From positions 23,534-87,533 of the forward strand of contig CALJFB010000004.1 in NCBI GenBank assembly GCA_938073895.1: a stretch of DNA of 64,000 bases, written 5' to 3'. Positions 38,121-49,015 of this stretch are shown one piece after another. The stretch comes from an uncultured Flavobacteriaceae bacterium. Lineage in GTDB: Bacteria; Bacteroidota; Bacteroidia; Flavobacteriales; Flavobacteriaceae. Under the pieces are notes generated by a model that worked only from the letters and a program-made list of their open reading frames with translations, was not told where the DNA came from and ran no database searches. The translations under genes and the position numbers were made by a program. Position 1 is the stretch's first letter; each line of letters begins with the position of its first letter.

Positions 38121-40532
38121 TTAATCAAATTTTGAAGCATCCATTTTTAAAGCTAATGGATAACCTTTATTTCTACTGGTTGTAAAATCTTTTCTTGCAT
38201 TTACTTGATCTCCAAGATATAAGTAAGCTGTTGCTCTATTATACTCTGGTCTTCCATCGTTTGTAAAATCATCATTAATTACTTTTGTAAAATAGTCTAT
38301 ACTTTTTTGATAATTTTTTGTGTTTTTTTCAAGAAAACCAAGCTTATAAAATATTGGAATATTTCCTGGAGAAATATCTAAAGCTTTTAAATATTCTATT
38401 CTAGCTGCATTATAGTTTTTAGCTGTAAAAAAGTTATTTCCTTTATCAAAATAGGCCTTTAATTGATTCTCTTTTTCTTCAAACTCTTTACTGTTTAATG
38501 TAGGTAACTCAGTATTAACGGAACCTTTAGCCTTTTCAATTTTCTGTTTTGCACCAATTAATACTTTACTTTCGGGATTATAATATAATCCTGAGTCTAA
38601 AACTCTTATGGCTTGTGGTACATCTTTCCTATACTTTAAAACACAAGACGCCTTTTGTCTCCATATATTGTCCGATTTAGGAACTACACTAAGATGCTTA
38701 TTTAACACTTTAAATAAATTTAATGTATCCTTATTGTAAACGTAAAGGTTTGCTAAAATAGTTGTATTTGCTGTTATACTTGGCGTTTTGTCAAAAACCT
38801 CGCGAGCGTAATACATAGAACTATCATACTGTTTTAAATTATGAAATACCATTGCTTTTAAACCTTTAGACACATATGAGTTTGGAAAATTGTGTATTGA
38901 CTTACTTAAATGATCTAATGCCAAAGGTATATCTCCATCACTAATAGCATATAATGCCTTAGTATGCTCTATAGATTCGCCTAAAATCATTGCATCTGGA
39001 AACTCAGGGAAACGTCTCAAGAAGGTATTGTAACTCATAGAAAATTTAGTCTCGAATGCATTCTTCTTAGTAGTATCTTGTATAACTAATAATTGCATCT
39101 GAGCAGATTGAAACATTTTGTAATTAATAATAAAAGTAAATACACCTAAAGCTAAAACGGCTATTGCAATTGCTTTTTTATTTACTAATTTTTCTGTCTC
39201 AGTATCATGGTTGTTACTTTTAGCGTTACCAGTAAAAGTTAGTGCTAAAACTAAAAATAATGCAAAAAAGATTTGTATTGTTGGCCTTTCATGAGGGAAA
39301 TTTAAGAAAGCATCTATAGTATAAGCCATTAAGGCAGATGCAATAGTAACAATTATAAACTTATGCTCTACTAATTTGAATGCATATAATTTTTTTATTA
39401 AGATAATTAAGACAATTACATAAATTGCTAAGTAAAATAAGAAACCAAAAATTCCTTCTTCTAAAAAATGCTGAAGAAAATCATTATGAGGTTGGCCCAA
39501 ATTCATATAAGCTGTATTTGGAGATGCTGCTAAAACCTCATCACATTCATCAAATTTCCAGTTACCAGAACCAAGGCCTAATATTGGATTTTCTTTAATA
39601 TCCTTTAAAGCTTCTTTCCAGAATAAAAAACGCCCATTACTATCTACTAATGAGGTCGAAGGTAAATCTAAGTATAAATCTTTCTCAAACCTTAATTCAA
39701 CTAAATCTTTAAAACTATTAAAACCACTATTGATTTTATTAGTTGATAATGATAAAAGAATTGCAAAAAAACCAACAATAATTAAAGAAATAGTTGTCGA
39801 AAAACTATTTTTAATATCCTTTTTATTTATAATTAAATAACTGATAACAATTAAAATAAAAGTGGCTAATATGGCTAAAATAGAAGTTCTAGCGCCTATA
39901 AATAAAACACTAGATATTGCTATAAGAACTACAAAACCAGAAACAACTTTTATAATGCGCTTTTGGGTTAAGAATAAATACAATGCAAATGGCAATTTAA
40001 TTGCCAATGCAATTGCTAAAATATTCCTATTACCATAATAATGTTTTAAACCAAGTACAAGTTCTACAGACCTTGGATCGCTATAATGCGATAAAAAATA
40101 GGACACAACACTAAAGCTTTCTGCCAACAACACAATACTTATTAGCTTAGCTACTGTATTGAAATCTAACTTATTTTTTTTGTTTAAAATAAAATAAAAG
40201 TTAAGAATAGCGCCAAAAAAAGTAGCGTACCATGAAATGTATAGTAAACTCTCGTCTGTACTAATGGACTTTACCATTGATACTACAGAAATTAATAAAA
40301 AGCCTATATGAGACAGAAAAAAGAAACTTGTAAGTTTATTTTTAATATTTATTTTTAATTCGTCTCTAGTGTACAAAAGAAACCCAAAGACCACTAAGTT
40401 TACAATAGATAAATACAACCACTGCGGTGTCATTATTTCGTAGCTTCTTAATTCTGGTACAAAAACTACAGCCATATATAAGGCTAAAATAATTATACTT
40501 TTGTAGTCTAATAATTTCTTTACTTTATCCAT
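38121..40532 (-). CDS. O-antigen ligase (Wzy_C)-like polytopic membrane protein with C-terminal TPR repeats
   Basis: 803 aa; about 12 TM helices, GNRN, ARTS, GRFLFW..AL..IKENPILGLGSGNW, PHNDFLQ; TPR-like helical C-terminus. Confidence 0.82.
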   Translation of the reverse strand: MDKVKKLLDYKSIIILALYMAVVFVPELRSYEIMTPQWLYLSIVNLVVFGFLLYTRDELKINIKNKLTSFFFLSHIGFLLISVVSMVKSISTDESLLYISWYATFFGAILNFYFILNKKNKLDFNTVAKLISIVLLAESFSVVSYFLSHYSDPRSVELVLGLKHYYGNRNILAIALAIKLPFALYLFLTQKRIIKVVSGFVVLIAISSVLFIGARTSILAILATFILIVISYLIINKKDIKNSFSTTISLIIVGFFAILLSLSTNKINSGFNSFKDLVELRFEKDLYLDLPSTSLVDSNGRFLFWKEALKDIKENPILGLGSGNWKFDECDEVLAASPNTAYMNLGQPHNDFLQHFLEEGIFGFLFYLAIYVIVLIILIKKLYAFKLVEHKFIIVTIASALMAYTIDAFLNFPHERPTIQIFFALFLVLALTFTGNAKSNNHDTETEKLVNKKAIAIAVLALGVFTFIINYKMFQSAQMQLLVIQDTTKKNAFETKFSMSYNTFLRRFPEFPDAMILGESIEHTKALYAISDGDIPLALDHLSKSIHNFPNSYVSKGLKAMVFHNLKQYDSSMYYAREVFDKTPSITANTTILANLYVYNKDTLNLFKVLNKHLSVVPKSDNIWRQKASCVLKYRKDVPQAIRVLDSGLYYNPESKVLIGAKQKIEKAKGSVNTELPTLNSKEFEEKENQLKAYFDKGNNFFTAKNYNAARIEYLKALDISPGNIPIFYKLGFLEKNTKNYQKSIDYFTKVINDDFTNDGRPEYNRATAYLYLGDQVNARKDFTTSRNKGYPLALKMDASKFD

Positions 40533-40565
40533 AATATTAAAAATACATAATTATTATCGTTTTTC

Positions 40566-41015
40566 TTAAGCTAATTTAGATTTTACAATATTAGATATAG
40601 TTTTTCCATCTGCTTTACCTGCTAACTCTGCACTTACAACTCCCATAACTTTACCCATATCTTTCATTCCTTGAGCACCAATCTTGGAAATTATTGCTTC
40701 TACAACTTTTGCAACATCATCTTCGGACATTGCTTCTGGTAAGAACTCAGAAATAACTTTTGCTTCTGCTAGTTCTGGCTCTGCTAAATCTTCTCTTCCT
40801 TGATCTAAATAAACAGCTGCACTATCTTTTCTTTGTTTTACTTGTTTTTGTAAAATTTTTAACTCTTGGGCTTCTGTTAGCTCTTCTTTAGCCCCACTTT
40901 CTGTTTGAGCTAATAGTATTGCTGACTTTACTGCTCTTAAAGCTGTTAAAGCTACTTTATCTTTACTTTTCATAGCCGTTTTTAATGCTGCCATTATATC
41001 TTCTGATAAACTCAT
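40566..41015 (-). CDS. GatB/YqeY domain protein
   Basis: 149 aa; AMKSKDK..L..LRAVKSAI, KQVKQRKDS, MKDMGKVMG, GKADGK. Confidence 0.93.
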   Translation of the reverse strand: MSLSEDIMAALKTAMKSKDKVALTALRAVKSAILLAQTESGAKEELTEAQELKILQKQVKQRKDSAAVYLDQGREDLAEPELAEAKVISEFLPEAMSEDDVAKVVEAIISKIGAQGMKDMGKVMGVVSAELAGKADGKTISNIVKSKLA

Positions 41016-41055
41016 ATTATCTTATTTGTTAGTTTGTTTGCTAATATAAAAAAAT

Positions 41056-41090
41056 AAAACCCAAGATAAACTATGTCTATTTTGGGTTTT
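41056..41090 (-). terminator. Probable terminator of the dcw operon after ftsZ
   Basis: AAAACCCAAGATA...TATTTTGGGTTTT inverted repeat. Confidence 0.6.
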
Positions 41091-41111
41091 AGAATATTTA
41101 TATAAATATAT

Positions 41112-43136
41112 TTAATCTACGTTGTCGTGTAAAAATGAATTATTACTTCTTAATTGTATATCATCATTATCATCTGTACCAAGCATAGTTCTAGATATAT
41201 TATTATCTGATGAATGTTGTCCTTCTTCAATATCTAAGCCTTGACGCTTATAAGCAGGTACTTTTTCTATCTCGTCTACTTTAGATGTGTTAAACTTATA
41301 ATTAAATAATTTCATTTTCTTGCGGCGCTCTTCTGCACCACTTTTTAATAATTCTGATATTGGCGTATGAAGTGGATCGATATTTTCTTCTTCATGATCT
41401 GTTTTAATTTCTAGTATGGTAGGCTCAATAATTTTAGTTTCAAAAACAACTTCATCTTTATCAGCACTGTCAGCTTCTGCAACTTTATTTACAGCAGATT
41501 CTTCAGCTTCATAATCGTCTAAAGCATATCTAACAACTTCTGGATCTGTTGTTTCTGATATAGGGCTAATCTCTATTTCGTGTTTAACTTCTATTTGCTT
41601 TTCTTCCTCTGTTAGCTGGTGAATTATAGGCTGATTTGACTCAGACTTTATTTCGTTTTCTATTGCTTCAGAGGGTTTTTCAATATCAAATTTAACTTCT
41701 TCAAACTCGACATCTGAATTTACAGGCATATCAAAAGTTAACGTAATTTGTTGCTCATGTTCTTCAACTTGATCACTGTTAACTTTGTCTTGAGCCGATG
41801 TTATTACAAAATCGTTTAAGTCTTCAGCATTTACTGAAACCTCGTTATAAAAAACATCTATATTTTCTATTAATTCTGAAGTTGGAATTAATTCAACCTC
41901 ATCTTCATTATTTATTTCAACCTTTGGTTTTAAAGCTGCTTTTGGTACAAAAGAAGTATTTACAATATCGAAATCCTCTTCTAAATCTAATGTATGTTTT
42001 ATAATTGGCTCTGGCTTTTTCTCAACAAAAACTGGCTTTTTAGATACAACTGGTGCTTCTGGTTTTATTGACTCTACAATAGTTGGAGCTGTTTTTTCTT
42101 CTAAGGAATGTACAACCTTTTTGGTTTCTATATTAGTAATTTCGTTTTGTTGTTCTACATCAAATCCTGTAGCAACTATAGTTACAGAAATAGCTTCTTT
42201 TAAACTCTCGTCGTCCCCAACTCCCATAATAATGTTAGCGCTATTACCTGCTTCATCTTGAATATGGTCGTTTATTTCTCCTATTTCATCAATTGTAATT
42301 TCTGAAGAACCAGAAACGATTAGCAACAATACGTTTTTGGCTCCTGTAATTTTATTATCGTTTAACAAAGGCGAATCTAAAGCTTTTGTTATAGCTTCAT
42401 GAGCTCTATTTGTTCCTTCTGCAGTAGCAGAACCCATTATTGCAGTTCCACTATTACTTAAAACTGTTTTAGCATCACGTAAATCAATATTTTGTGTATA
42501 ATGGTGTGTAATAACCTCGGCAATTCCTCTAGATGCCGTAGCTAATACCTCATCTGCTTTAGAAAAACCTGCTTTAAACCCTAAGTTACCGTAAACTTCT
42601 CTTAAGTTATTATTATTAATTACAATTAAAGAATCTACCTCTTTTCGTAATTTTTCTATTCCTATTTGAGCTTGTTCGTTTCGCATTCGACCTTCAAACT
42701 TAAATGGAATAGTAACAATACCAACGGTTAAGATATCTAGATCTTTAGCCATTTTAGCAATTACTGGAGCGGCACCAGTTCCTGTTCCTCCGCCCATTCC
42801 TGCTGTTATAAATACCATTTTTGTGTTGGTATCTAACATACGTTTAATTTCTTCGTAACTTTCTACAGCAGATTCTTCTCCAACCAAGGGATTGGCTCCT
42901 GCGCCTAATCCTTCTGTTAAATGAACGCCTAACTGTATTTTATTAGGTACGCCACTATTTTGTAATGCTTGAGAATCTGTATTACAGATTACAAAATCTA
43001 CACCTTTTATACCTTGTTGAAACATGTGGTTAATGGCATTGCTTCCGCCGCCACCAACACCTATAACCTTAATAACATTTGATTTGTTTTTAGGTAAATC
43101 AAATGCTATACTTTCGAATTCGCTGTTGCTGCTCAT
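41112..43136 (-). CDS. ftsZ: Cell division protein FtsZ (long acidic linker)
   Basis: 674 aa; [36 protein letters not shown]; C-terminal E..PAYKRQG...[10 protein letters not shown]. Confidence 0.97.
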   Translation of the reverse strand: MSSNSEFESIAFDLPKNKSNVIKVIGVGGGGSNAINHMFQQGIKGVDFVICNTDSQALQNSGVPNKIQLGVHLTEGLGAGANPLVGEESAVESYEEIKRMLDTNTKMVFITAGMGGGTGTGAAPVIAKMAKDLDILTVGIVTIPFKFEGRMRNEQAQIGIEKLRKEVDSLIVINNNNLREVYGNLGFKAGFSKADEVLATASRGIAEVITHHYTQNIDLRDAKTVLSNSGTAIMGSATAEGTNRAHEAITKALDSPLLNDNKITGAKNVLLLIVSGSSEITIDEIGEINDHIQDEAGNSANIIMGVGDDESLKEAISVTIVATGFDVEQQNEITNIETKKVVHSLEEKTAPTIVESIKPEAPVVSKKPVFVEKKPEPIIKHTLDLEEDFDIVNTSFVPKAALKPKVEINNEDEVELIPTSELIENIDVFYNEVSVNAEDLNDFVITSAQDKVNSDQVEEHEQQITLTFDMPVNSDVEFEEVKFDIEKPSEAIENEIKSESNQPIIHQLTEEEKQIEVKHEIEISPISETTDPEVVRYALDDYEAEESAVNKVAEADSADKDEVVFETKIIEPTILEIKTDHEEENIDPLHTPISELLKSGAEERRKKMKLFNYKFNTSKVDEIEKVPAYKRQGLDIEEGQHSSDNNISRTMLGTDDNDDIQLRSNNSFLHDNVD

Positions 43137-43197
43137 AAATTCTATTTTATTCGTTTTCTTTTGCTTTTATTCAATCTTATCAAGAAAATACTCTTAT

Positions 43198-44559
43198 CTA
43201 TTCTGCGTTATCTAAAAAATCTTTAATTCTAGATGTGAAATTTTCCATAAACGATCTACGCTCTTTTTTTGGAGCTGTTGATTTAACTTCTGGCTCAACT
43301 GTTTCACTTTCGGTATCGGCAGTTGTTAATTCTGATACTTTTGCGGTTTCTTGAGCTTCATTAATAACCTCTTCTTCTACAGTTTCTTCTCTTTTTCGCT
43401 CTTGACGCTGTAATCCATCCATAACTAAACCTACTGCTGTTGCGTATAATGGACTTGTTATTACATCATCGCTATCTCCAGCTAAATGCTCGTTTGGATA
43501 TCCTATTCTGGTATCCATTCCTGTAATATATTCTACTAATTGCTTTAAATGTTTTAACTGGCTTCCGCCGCCTGTTAATACAATACCACCTATTAATATT
43601 TTCTTTTGTTCTTCGTGTCCGTAATTTGTGATTTCAATAAAAACCTGTTCAATAATTTCTTTAACTCTTGCGTGAATTATTTTAGACAAGTTTTTTAAAG
43701 TAATTTCCTTTGGTTCTCTACCTCTTAATCCTGGAATAGAAACTATTTCGTTATCCTTATTATCTCCAGGCCAAGCACTACCAAACTTAACTTTTAAGAG
43801 TTCTGCCTGTTTTTCTATTATAGAACAACCTTCTTTTATATCTTCTGTAATTACATTTCCTCCAAATGGTATTACTGCAGTATGACGAATAATACCATCT
43901 TTAAAAACGGCTAAATCTGTTGTTCCGCCGCCTATATCAATTAAGGCTACACCAGCTTCTTTTTCTTCTTGACTTAAAACTGCATTTGCAGATGCTAAAG
44001 GCTCTAAAGTAATACCTTCTAATTCAATATCTGCAGACTGTACACAACGTGCAATATTTCTAATAGAAGTTACCTGACCAACAACAACATGAAAATTAGC
44101 TTCCAAACGTCCACCATACATCCCAATAGGTTCTTTTATTTCTGCTTGACCATCTATTTTATATTCTTGAGGTAAAACATGTATAATTTCTTCTCCTGGC
44201 AGCATTACTAATTTATGCACCTGATTTATTAATCGGTCAATATCATCTTCATTTATAACCGTATCTGCATTATTACGTGTTATATAATCGCTATGTTGCA
44301 AACTTCTAATATGTTGTCCGGCAATACCAACAGTAACACCATCAATTTTTTCGGATGCTACAGCTTCGGCTTCTTGAATGGCTAATTGAATAGATTGAAT
44401 TGTTTGCGTAATGTTGTTTACAACGCCACGATGTACACCTAAACTTTTAGATTTTCCAATACCTAAAATCTCAACTTTACCATATTCATTCTTACGACCA
44501 ATCATAGCCACAATTTTTGTGGTTCCTATATCTAATCCTACTGCAATATTTTGTTCCAT
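43198..44559 (-). CDS. ftsA: Cell division protein FtsA
   Basis: 453 aa; GLDIGTTKI, IDIGGGTTD, GGNVITEDI, VLTGGGS, DTRIG. Confidence 0.97.
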   Translation of the reverse strand: MEQNIAVGLDIGTTKIVAMIGRKNEYGKVEILGIGKSKSLGVHRGVVNNITQTIQSIQLAIQEAEAVASEKIDGVTVGIAGQHIRSLQHSDYITRNNADTVINEDDIDRLINQVHKLVMLPGEEIIHVLPQEYKIDGQAEIKEPIGMYGGRLEANFHVVVGQVTSIRNIARCVQSADIELEGITLEPLASANAVLSQEEKEAGVALIDIGGGTTDLAVFKDGIIRHTAVIPFGGNVITEDIKEGCSIIEKQAELLKVKFGSAWPGDNKDNEIVSIPGLRGREPKEITLKNLSKIIHARVKEIIEQVFIEITNYGHEEQKKILIGGIVLTGGGSQLKHLKQLVEYITGMDTRIGYPNEHLAGDSDDVITSPLYATAVGLVMDGLQRQERKREETVEEEVINEAQETAKVSELTTADTESETVEPEVKSTAPKKERRSFMENFTSRIKDFLDNAE

Positions 44560-44562
44560 AAC

Positions 44563-45285
44563 TTAAAATTTGGTACAAACAACTTGGTTATCAAATTGCA
44601 AATTCACTTTTTTATATTGACCTAAAACTTTATTTTTATTGGCCTTAATAAAAAATGCCTTTAGGTTGTTTATTTTTTTCTCTAATTGATTTAATGTTCC
44701 AATTTGCACAACAAATGCAGCAGATCTTAATTTTAAATCTATTGTTTTATCATCATTTTGATGAATTTCTATTACCTGTTTTTTCAGAAAATCGTCTTTA
44801 TTTATGTAATCTGAAATAGTAAATACTGTTTTCAAATCTGTTCTAATCACTTTTCCTGTTACTAATGGTACACGTTCTGTATAATTATTAGACAAAGGCA
44901 TAAAACCACCTTTACTATCTATATAAAATTGTGTTGCACCAATAACGCGTGCAATAGGCTGTTTTTGTTCAACTTTTGCACTTAATTGCCCAAGCGTATT
45001 AACGTAAACCTCTGCACTTGAAACCATTGGGTTATTAGTTAACGACTGCTCTAAACTATTCAAATTTAAAACATCTTTTGTAACACTTTGTGCACTGCCT
45101 TGACTTTGTATTAACAAGTTACTAACAGCTTGACTTGTTATAAACATATTTGTGTTAGACCCAACAAAAGAAACTTCTGGATTGCTAACTATTCTTTTTC
45201 CATTTTTAACTGATGAGAAAGACCAAATTGTTATTAAAAAAGTAAACAATCCTATAAATTTTATTAGAGTATAATTAATCTTCAT
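44563..45285 (-). CDS. ftsQ: Cell division protein FtsQ/DivIB
   Basis: 240 aa; single N-terminal TM, POTRA-like region, Q.QPIAR; between murC and ftsA. Confidence 0.85.
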   Translation of the reverse strand: MKINYTLIKFIGLFTFLITIWSFSSVKNGKRIVSNPEVSFVGSNTNMFITSQAVSNLLIQSQGSAQSVTKDVLNLNSLEQSLTNNPMVSSAEVYVNTLGQLSAKVEQKQPIARVIGATQFYIDSKGGFMPLSNNYTERVPLVTGKVIRTDLKTVFTISDYINKDDFLKKQVIEIHQNDDKTIDLKLRSAAFVVQIGTLNQLEKKINNLKAFFIKANKNKVLGQYKKVNLQFDNQVVCTKF

Positions 45286-46648
45286 TAAGCAAAGCTTTTT
45301 TAATTGATTGAACTTCTACTCCAATATCTCCAGCTCCTAAAGTCAAAATTATTTTTGCTTTTGATGCTTTTATTTCATTAACCAAATTTTCTTTTTTTAC
45401 TAATTTCTTATTATCGTTTTTAATTTTATCAAACAACCATTCTGCTGTTACACCTTGAATTGGCAATTCTCTTGCTGGATAGATATCTAACAATAAAATC
45501 TCGTCGAAATTAGATAAACTTTCTGCAAACTCCTCAACAAAATCCTGTGTTCTAGTAAATAAGTGTGGCTGAAAAGCAACCAAAACCTCCTGATTAGGAT
45601 ACATTTCTCTAACTGCCTGATGTATAGCATTAATTTCTTCTGGATGATGTGCATAATCGTCTACATAAACCAAGTTAGTAGACTTAATTTGATATGAAAA
45701 TCGTCTTTGCACGCCTTTAAAATCAATTAAAGCTAATTTCAATTCTTCTACATTACAACCGTATTCCAAAGCCATTGCTAAAGCCACTAAAGCATTAGAT
45801 AAATTATGTCTTCCTGGAAAACTAAAACTAAATCCTTTGTGTGTTTCAGTTGGCGTTTTTACATCAAAAAAGTAACTATTGTCTTGTATTGTAATATTGT
45901 TTGCGCAATAATCCGAATTATCTTCTATACCATAAGTTAAACCTTGAATTGGTAAGCCATTTTTTACAAATAACTTTCCGTTAGGTTTTATCTTTTTAGT
46001 AAAATCTCTAAAAGATTCATGTAATGCTTCTTTAGAACCATAAATATCCAAATGATCTGCATCCATAGAAGTTATACAAGCTAAATCTGGAGATAAGGTT
46101 AGAAAAGATCTATCAAACTCGTCTGCCTCTATAACACTTACCTCGTTACCATTTAATATTAAGTTAGAATTATAATTCTCGCTAATTCCCCCTAAAAATG
46201 CTGTTAACTTTACATTACAAAAACGTAATAAATGCCCTAAAATTGTAGATGTTGTGGTTTTTCCGTGAGTTCCTGCTACTGCCAAACTATAAGTGTTTTG
46301 GGTAATAATTCCTAAGACCTCAGAACGCTTCATAATAGTATATGGACTATTCTTAAAATGCGCCATTTCTCTGCTATCTTTTGGAATTGCTGGTGTATAG
46401 ACTACTAATGTTCTATCGTAGTTTAAAAAAGACATTGGCACATTAGAAACAGAATCTTCGTAATGAATTTCTATACCTAACGCTTCTAACTCTGCTGTTA
46501 ACTTTGTTTTTGTCTTATCGTATCCAGCAACAACTTTTCCGTTAGCGTGAAAATAACGTGCCAAAGCACTCATACCTATTCCTCCAATTCCAAGGAAATA
46601 AATATTAGACCATCTAATTTTACTTATATGTGCTTGCACTTGACTCAT
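45275..46648 (-). CDS. murC: UDP-N-acetylmuramate--L-alanine ligase
   Basis: 457 aa; GIGGIGMSALA, VAGTHGKTTT, EADEFDRSFL, GVQRRF, DDYAHHP. Confidence 0.96.
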   Translation of the reverse strand: MSQVQAHISKIRWSNIYFLGIGGIGMSALARYFHANGKVVAGYDKTKTKLTAELEALGIEIHYEDSVSNVPMSFLNYDRTLVVYTPAIPKDSREMAHFKNSPYTIMKRSEVLGIITQNTYSLAVAGTHGKTTTSTILGHLLRFCNVKLTAFLGGISENYNSNLILNGNEVSVIEADEFDRSFLTLSPDLACITSMDADHLDIYGSKEALHESFRDFTKKIKPNGKLFVKNGLPIQGLTYGIEDNSDYCANNITIQDNSYFFDVKTPTETHKGFSFSFPGRHNLSNALVALAMALEYGCNVEELKLALIDFKGVQRRFSYQIKSTNLVYVDDYAHHPEEINAIHQAVREMYPNQEVLVAFQPHLFTRTQDFVEEFAESLSNFDEILLLDIYPARELPIQGVTAEWLFDKIKNDNKKLVKKENLVNEIKASKAKIILTLGAGDIGVEVQSIKKALLNED

Positions 46649-47752
46649 TTACTTTAAAAGTTTTTCAACCTCATTAACAATATCTTTTGTTGCATTTACT
46701 AATGCTAATTCTTTTATATTTTTACTTAATAACGTTTGTTTTTCTACTGAACCAATCAACTCAGAAAATTGTATTTCAAACTGTTTATCTAATTGGCTTT
46801 GGGCAATTAAAATTGCAGCGTTTTTAGATGAAATAGCTTCGGCATTTTTGGTTTGATGATCTTCTGCCACATAAGGTGAAGGCACAAAAACCACTGGTTT
46901 ACCAACAATACATAATTCCGAAACAGAACTTGCTCCTGCTCTTGAGATAATAATATCTGCAGCAGCATAAGCTAAATCCATTCTGTTTAAAAAAGTATGT
47001 ACTTGCACATCATCAACCTTACTATATTTCTCGAATTTATTTTGATATAATTTTCCGCATTGCCAGATCACCTGAATATTATTAGATTTAAAATAATACA
47101 ATTCTTTTTCAATTAACTCGTTTATTGCTTTAGCACCTAGACTTCCACCAAGAACTAACAACGTTTTTTTATCTTTTTTTAAGTCGAAAAACTTTTTTGC
47201 CTCATCTACTTTAGAGGTTATATCTAATAAATCTTGTCTTACTGGATTTCCCGTAAGCTTTATTTTATCTTTTGGAAAGAAGCGCTCCAATCCTGAATAA
47301 GCCACACAAATTTTGTTAGCTCGTTTTGCTAATAACTTGTTTGTTATTCCTGGATACGAATTTTGCTCCTGTATTAATGTTGGTACAGATTTTAAATTAG
47401 CCATTTGCAATAATGGGCCACTTGCAAATCCTCCAGTACCAATAGCAACATCTGGTTTAAACTTTAAAATAATTTTGTAAGCGTTATATAAACTACTTAT
47501 TAATTTAAATGGAAACATTAAATTTTTAGCACTTAGACTTCTTTGCAAACCAGATATCCAAAGTCCTTTTATACTATAACCTGCTTGAGGCACTTTTTCC
47601 ATTTCCATTCTATCTTTTGCTCCAACAAACAAAAATTCGGCATTTGGAAAACGGAATTTTAATTCGTTAGCAATAGCAACTGCAGGATATATGTGTCCGC
47701 CAGTTCCACCACCAGAAAGAATAATTTTATATGTTTTACTCTTGTCTATCAT
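46649..47752 (-). CDS. murG: Undecaprenyldiphospho-muramoylpentapeptide beta-N-acetylglucosaminyltransferase
   Basis: 367 aa; [47 protein letters not shown]. Confidence 0.97.
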   Translation of the reverse strand: MIDKSKTYKIILSGGGTGGHIYPAVAIANELKFRFPNAEFLFVGAKDRMEMEKVPQAGYSIKGLWISGLQRSLSAKNLMFPFKLISSLYNAYKIILKFKPDVAIGTGGFASGPLLQMANLKSVPTLIQEQNSYPGITNKLLAKRANKICVAYSGLERFFPKDKIKLTGNPVRQDLLDITSKVDEAKKFFDLKKDKKTLLVLGGSLGAKAINELIEKELYYFKSNNIQVIWQCGKLYQNKFEKYSKVDDVQVHTFLNRMDLAYAAADIIISRAGASSVSELCIVGKPVVFVPSPYVAEDHQTKNAEAISSKNAAILIAQSQLDKQFEIQFSELIGSVEKQTLLSKNIKELALVNATKDIVNEVEKLLK

Positions 47753-47753
47753 T

Positions 47754-48965
47754 TTATAATGCTTCAGATAAGATTTCTAAAGGATTTTCTTCTAAATCCG
47801 AATCTATTTCTTCGTTTTCTTTTTGTTTAATCTCTTCACGCTTGGCGCTTACACTTAATATTATACCTATTGCCAAACACGACATCCAAATACTTGTTCC
47901 ACCACTACTTACTAATGGTAAGGTTTGACCGGTTACAGGAAACAACTCTACTGCTACCGCCATATTAATCATTGCTTGAAAAATTATTGGCAAACCAACA
48001 CCAAGCACTAATAATTTTCCAAAAACAGAATCGCTTTTTTGCGCTACAATTACAATGCGCAATAGCAATGCCATGTAAGCAATAAACAAACCTAATCCGC
48101 CAATTAAACCAAACTCTTCTATTATAATTGCGAAGATAAAATCTGATGATGATTGTGGTAAAAAGTTCTTTTGAACACTTTTTCCAGGTCCAACACCACT
48201 AATTCCACCAGACGCTATAGCTATTTTAGCGTTTTTTATTTGATAATCTTCAGTAGCATTTTCTGTATCTGTAAAACTATCTATTCTACTAATCCAAGTA
48301 TCTACACGATTTGGCATTGCATCTGGAAAAGCTTTAGCTACTAAAACAAACATTGTTAAACTAATAAAACCAGCACCAATAATAGCAACTAAATATCGTA
48401 ATGGATAACCGCCTAAAAAAGTTAGCACCACAACCATAACAAATATAATTGCTGTGGTAGAAAAATTACTTGGTAATATTAGCGCAAGTACAATAAATAC
48501 AGGTGCCCAAAGTGGCACTAAAGAGTCCTTAAACGTAACGACTTGATCTTTAACTTTAGATAAATATCTTGCAACATAAACCATTAAAACAACCATTGCC
48601 AAAGTAGACGTTTGAAAAGACCAACCAACAATTGGTATTTTAATCCATCTACTTGCATTTGCTCCTTCAATTGTAGTTCCTTGAAACATTGTTACCACTA
48701 ATAAAACAATTACAAAAGGCATAGCCATTAAAGATAAACCTCTAAAGTAACGATACGGAATTTTATGTACAGCAAACATTATAGAAAAGCCTAAAACTAG
48801 ATGCACAAAATGTTTTATTAAGAATGAAATTGTATTTCCATTTCCATACGTGTAAGCTAAATTACTTGAAGCACTATAGACAGGTAAAAATGAAAACATA
48901 GCCAATAAAGCTACAATAGCCCATATTAACCGATCTCCTTTTATATTTTTAAATAACTGCTTCAT
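47754..48965 (-). CDS. ftsW: Cell division protein FtsW (SEDS)
   Basis: 403 aa polytopic; ASRWI, DYQ, GVGPG.S.QK.FLP...[26 protein letters not shown]. Confidence 0.93.
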   Translation of the reverse strand: MKQLFKNIKGDRLIWAIVALLAMFSFLPVYSASSNLAYTYGNGNTISFLIKHFVHLVLGFSIMFAVHKIPYRYFRGLSLMAMPFVIVLLVVTMFQGTTIEGANASRWIKIPIVGWSFQTSTLAMVVLMVYVARYLSKVKDQVVTFKDSLVPLWAPVFIVLALILPSNFSTTAIIFVMVVVLTFLGGYPLRYLVAIIGAGFISLTMFVLVAKAFPDAMPNRVDTWISRIDSFTDTENATEDYQIKNAKIAIASGGISGVGPGKSVQKNFLPQSSSDFIFAIIIEEFGLIGGLGLFIAYMALLLRIVIVAQKSDSVFGKLLVLGVGLPIIFQAMINMAVAVELFPVTGQTLPLVSSGGTSIWMSCLAIGIILSVSAKREEIKQKENEEIDSDLEENPLEILSEAL

Positions 48966-49015
48966 TAATTTTTTAAATATGACGCTTTTAAGACGCTATA
49001 ATTATATCTTTTCTA

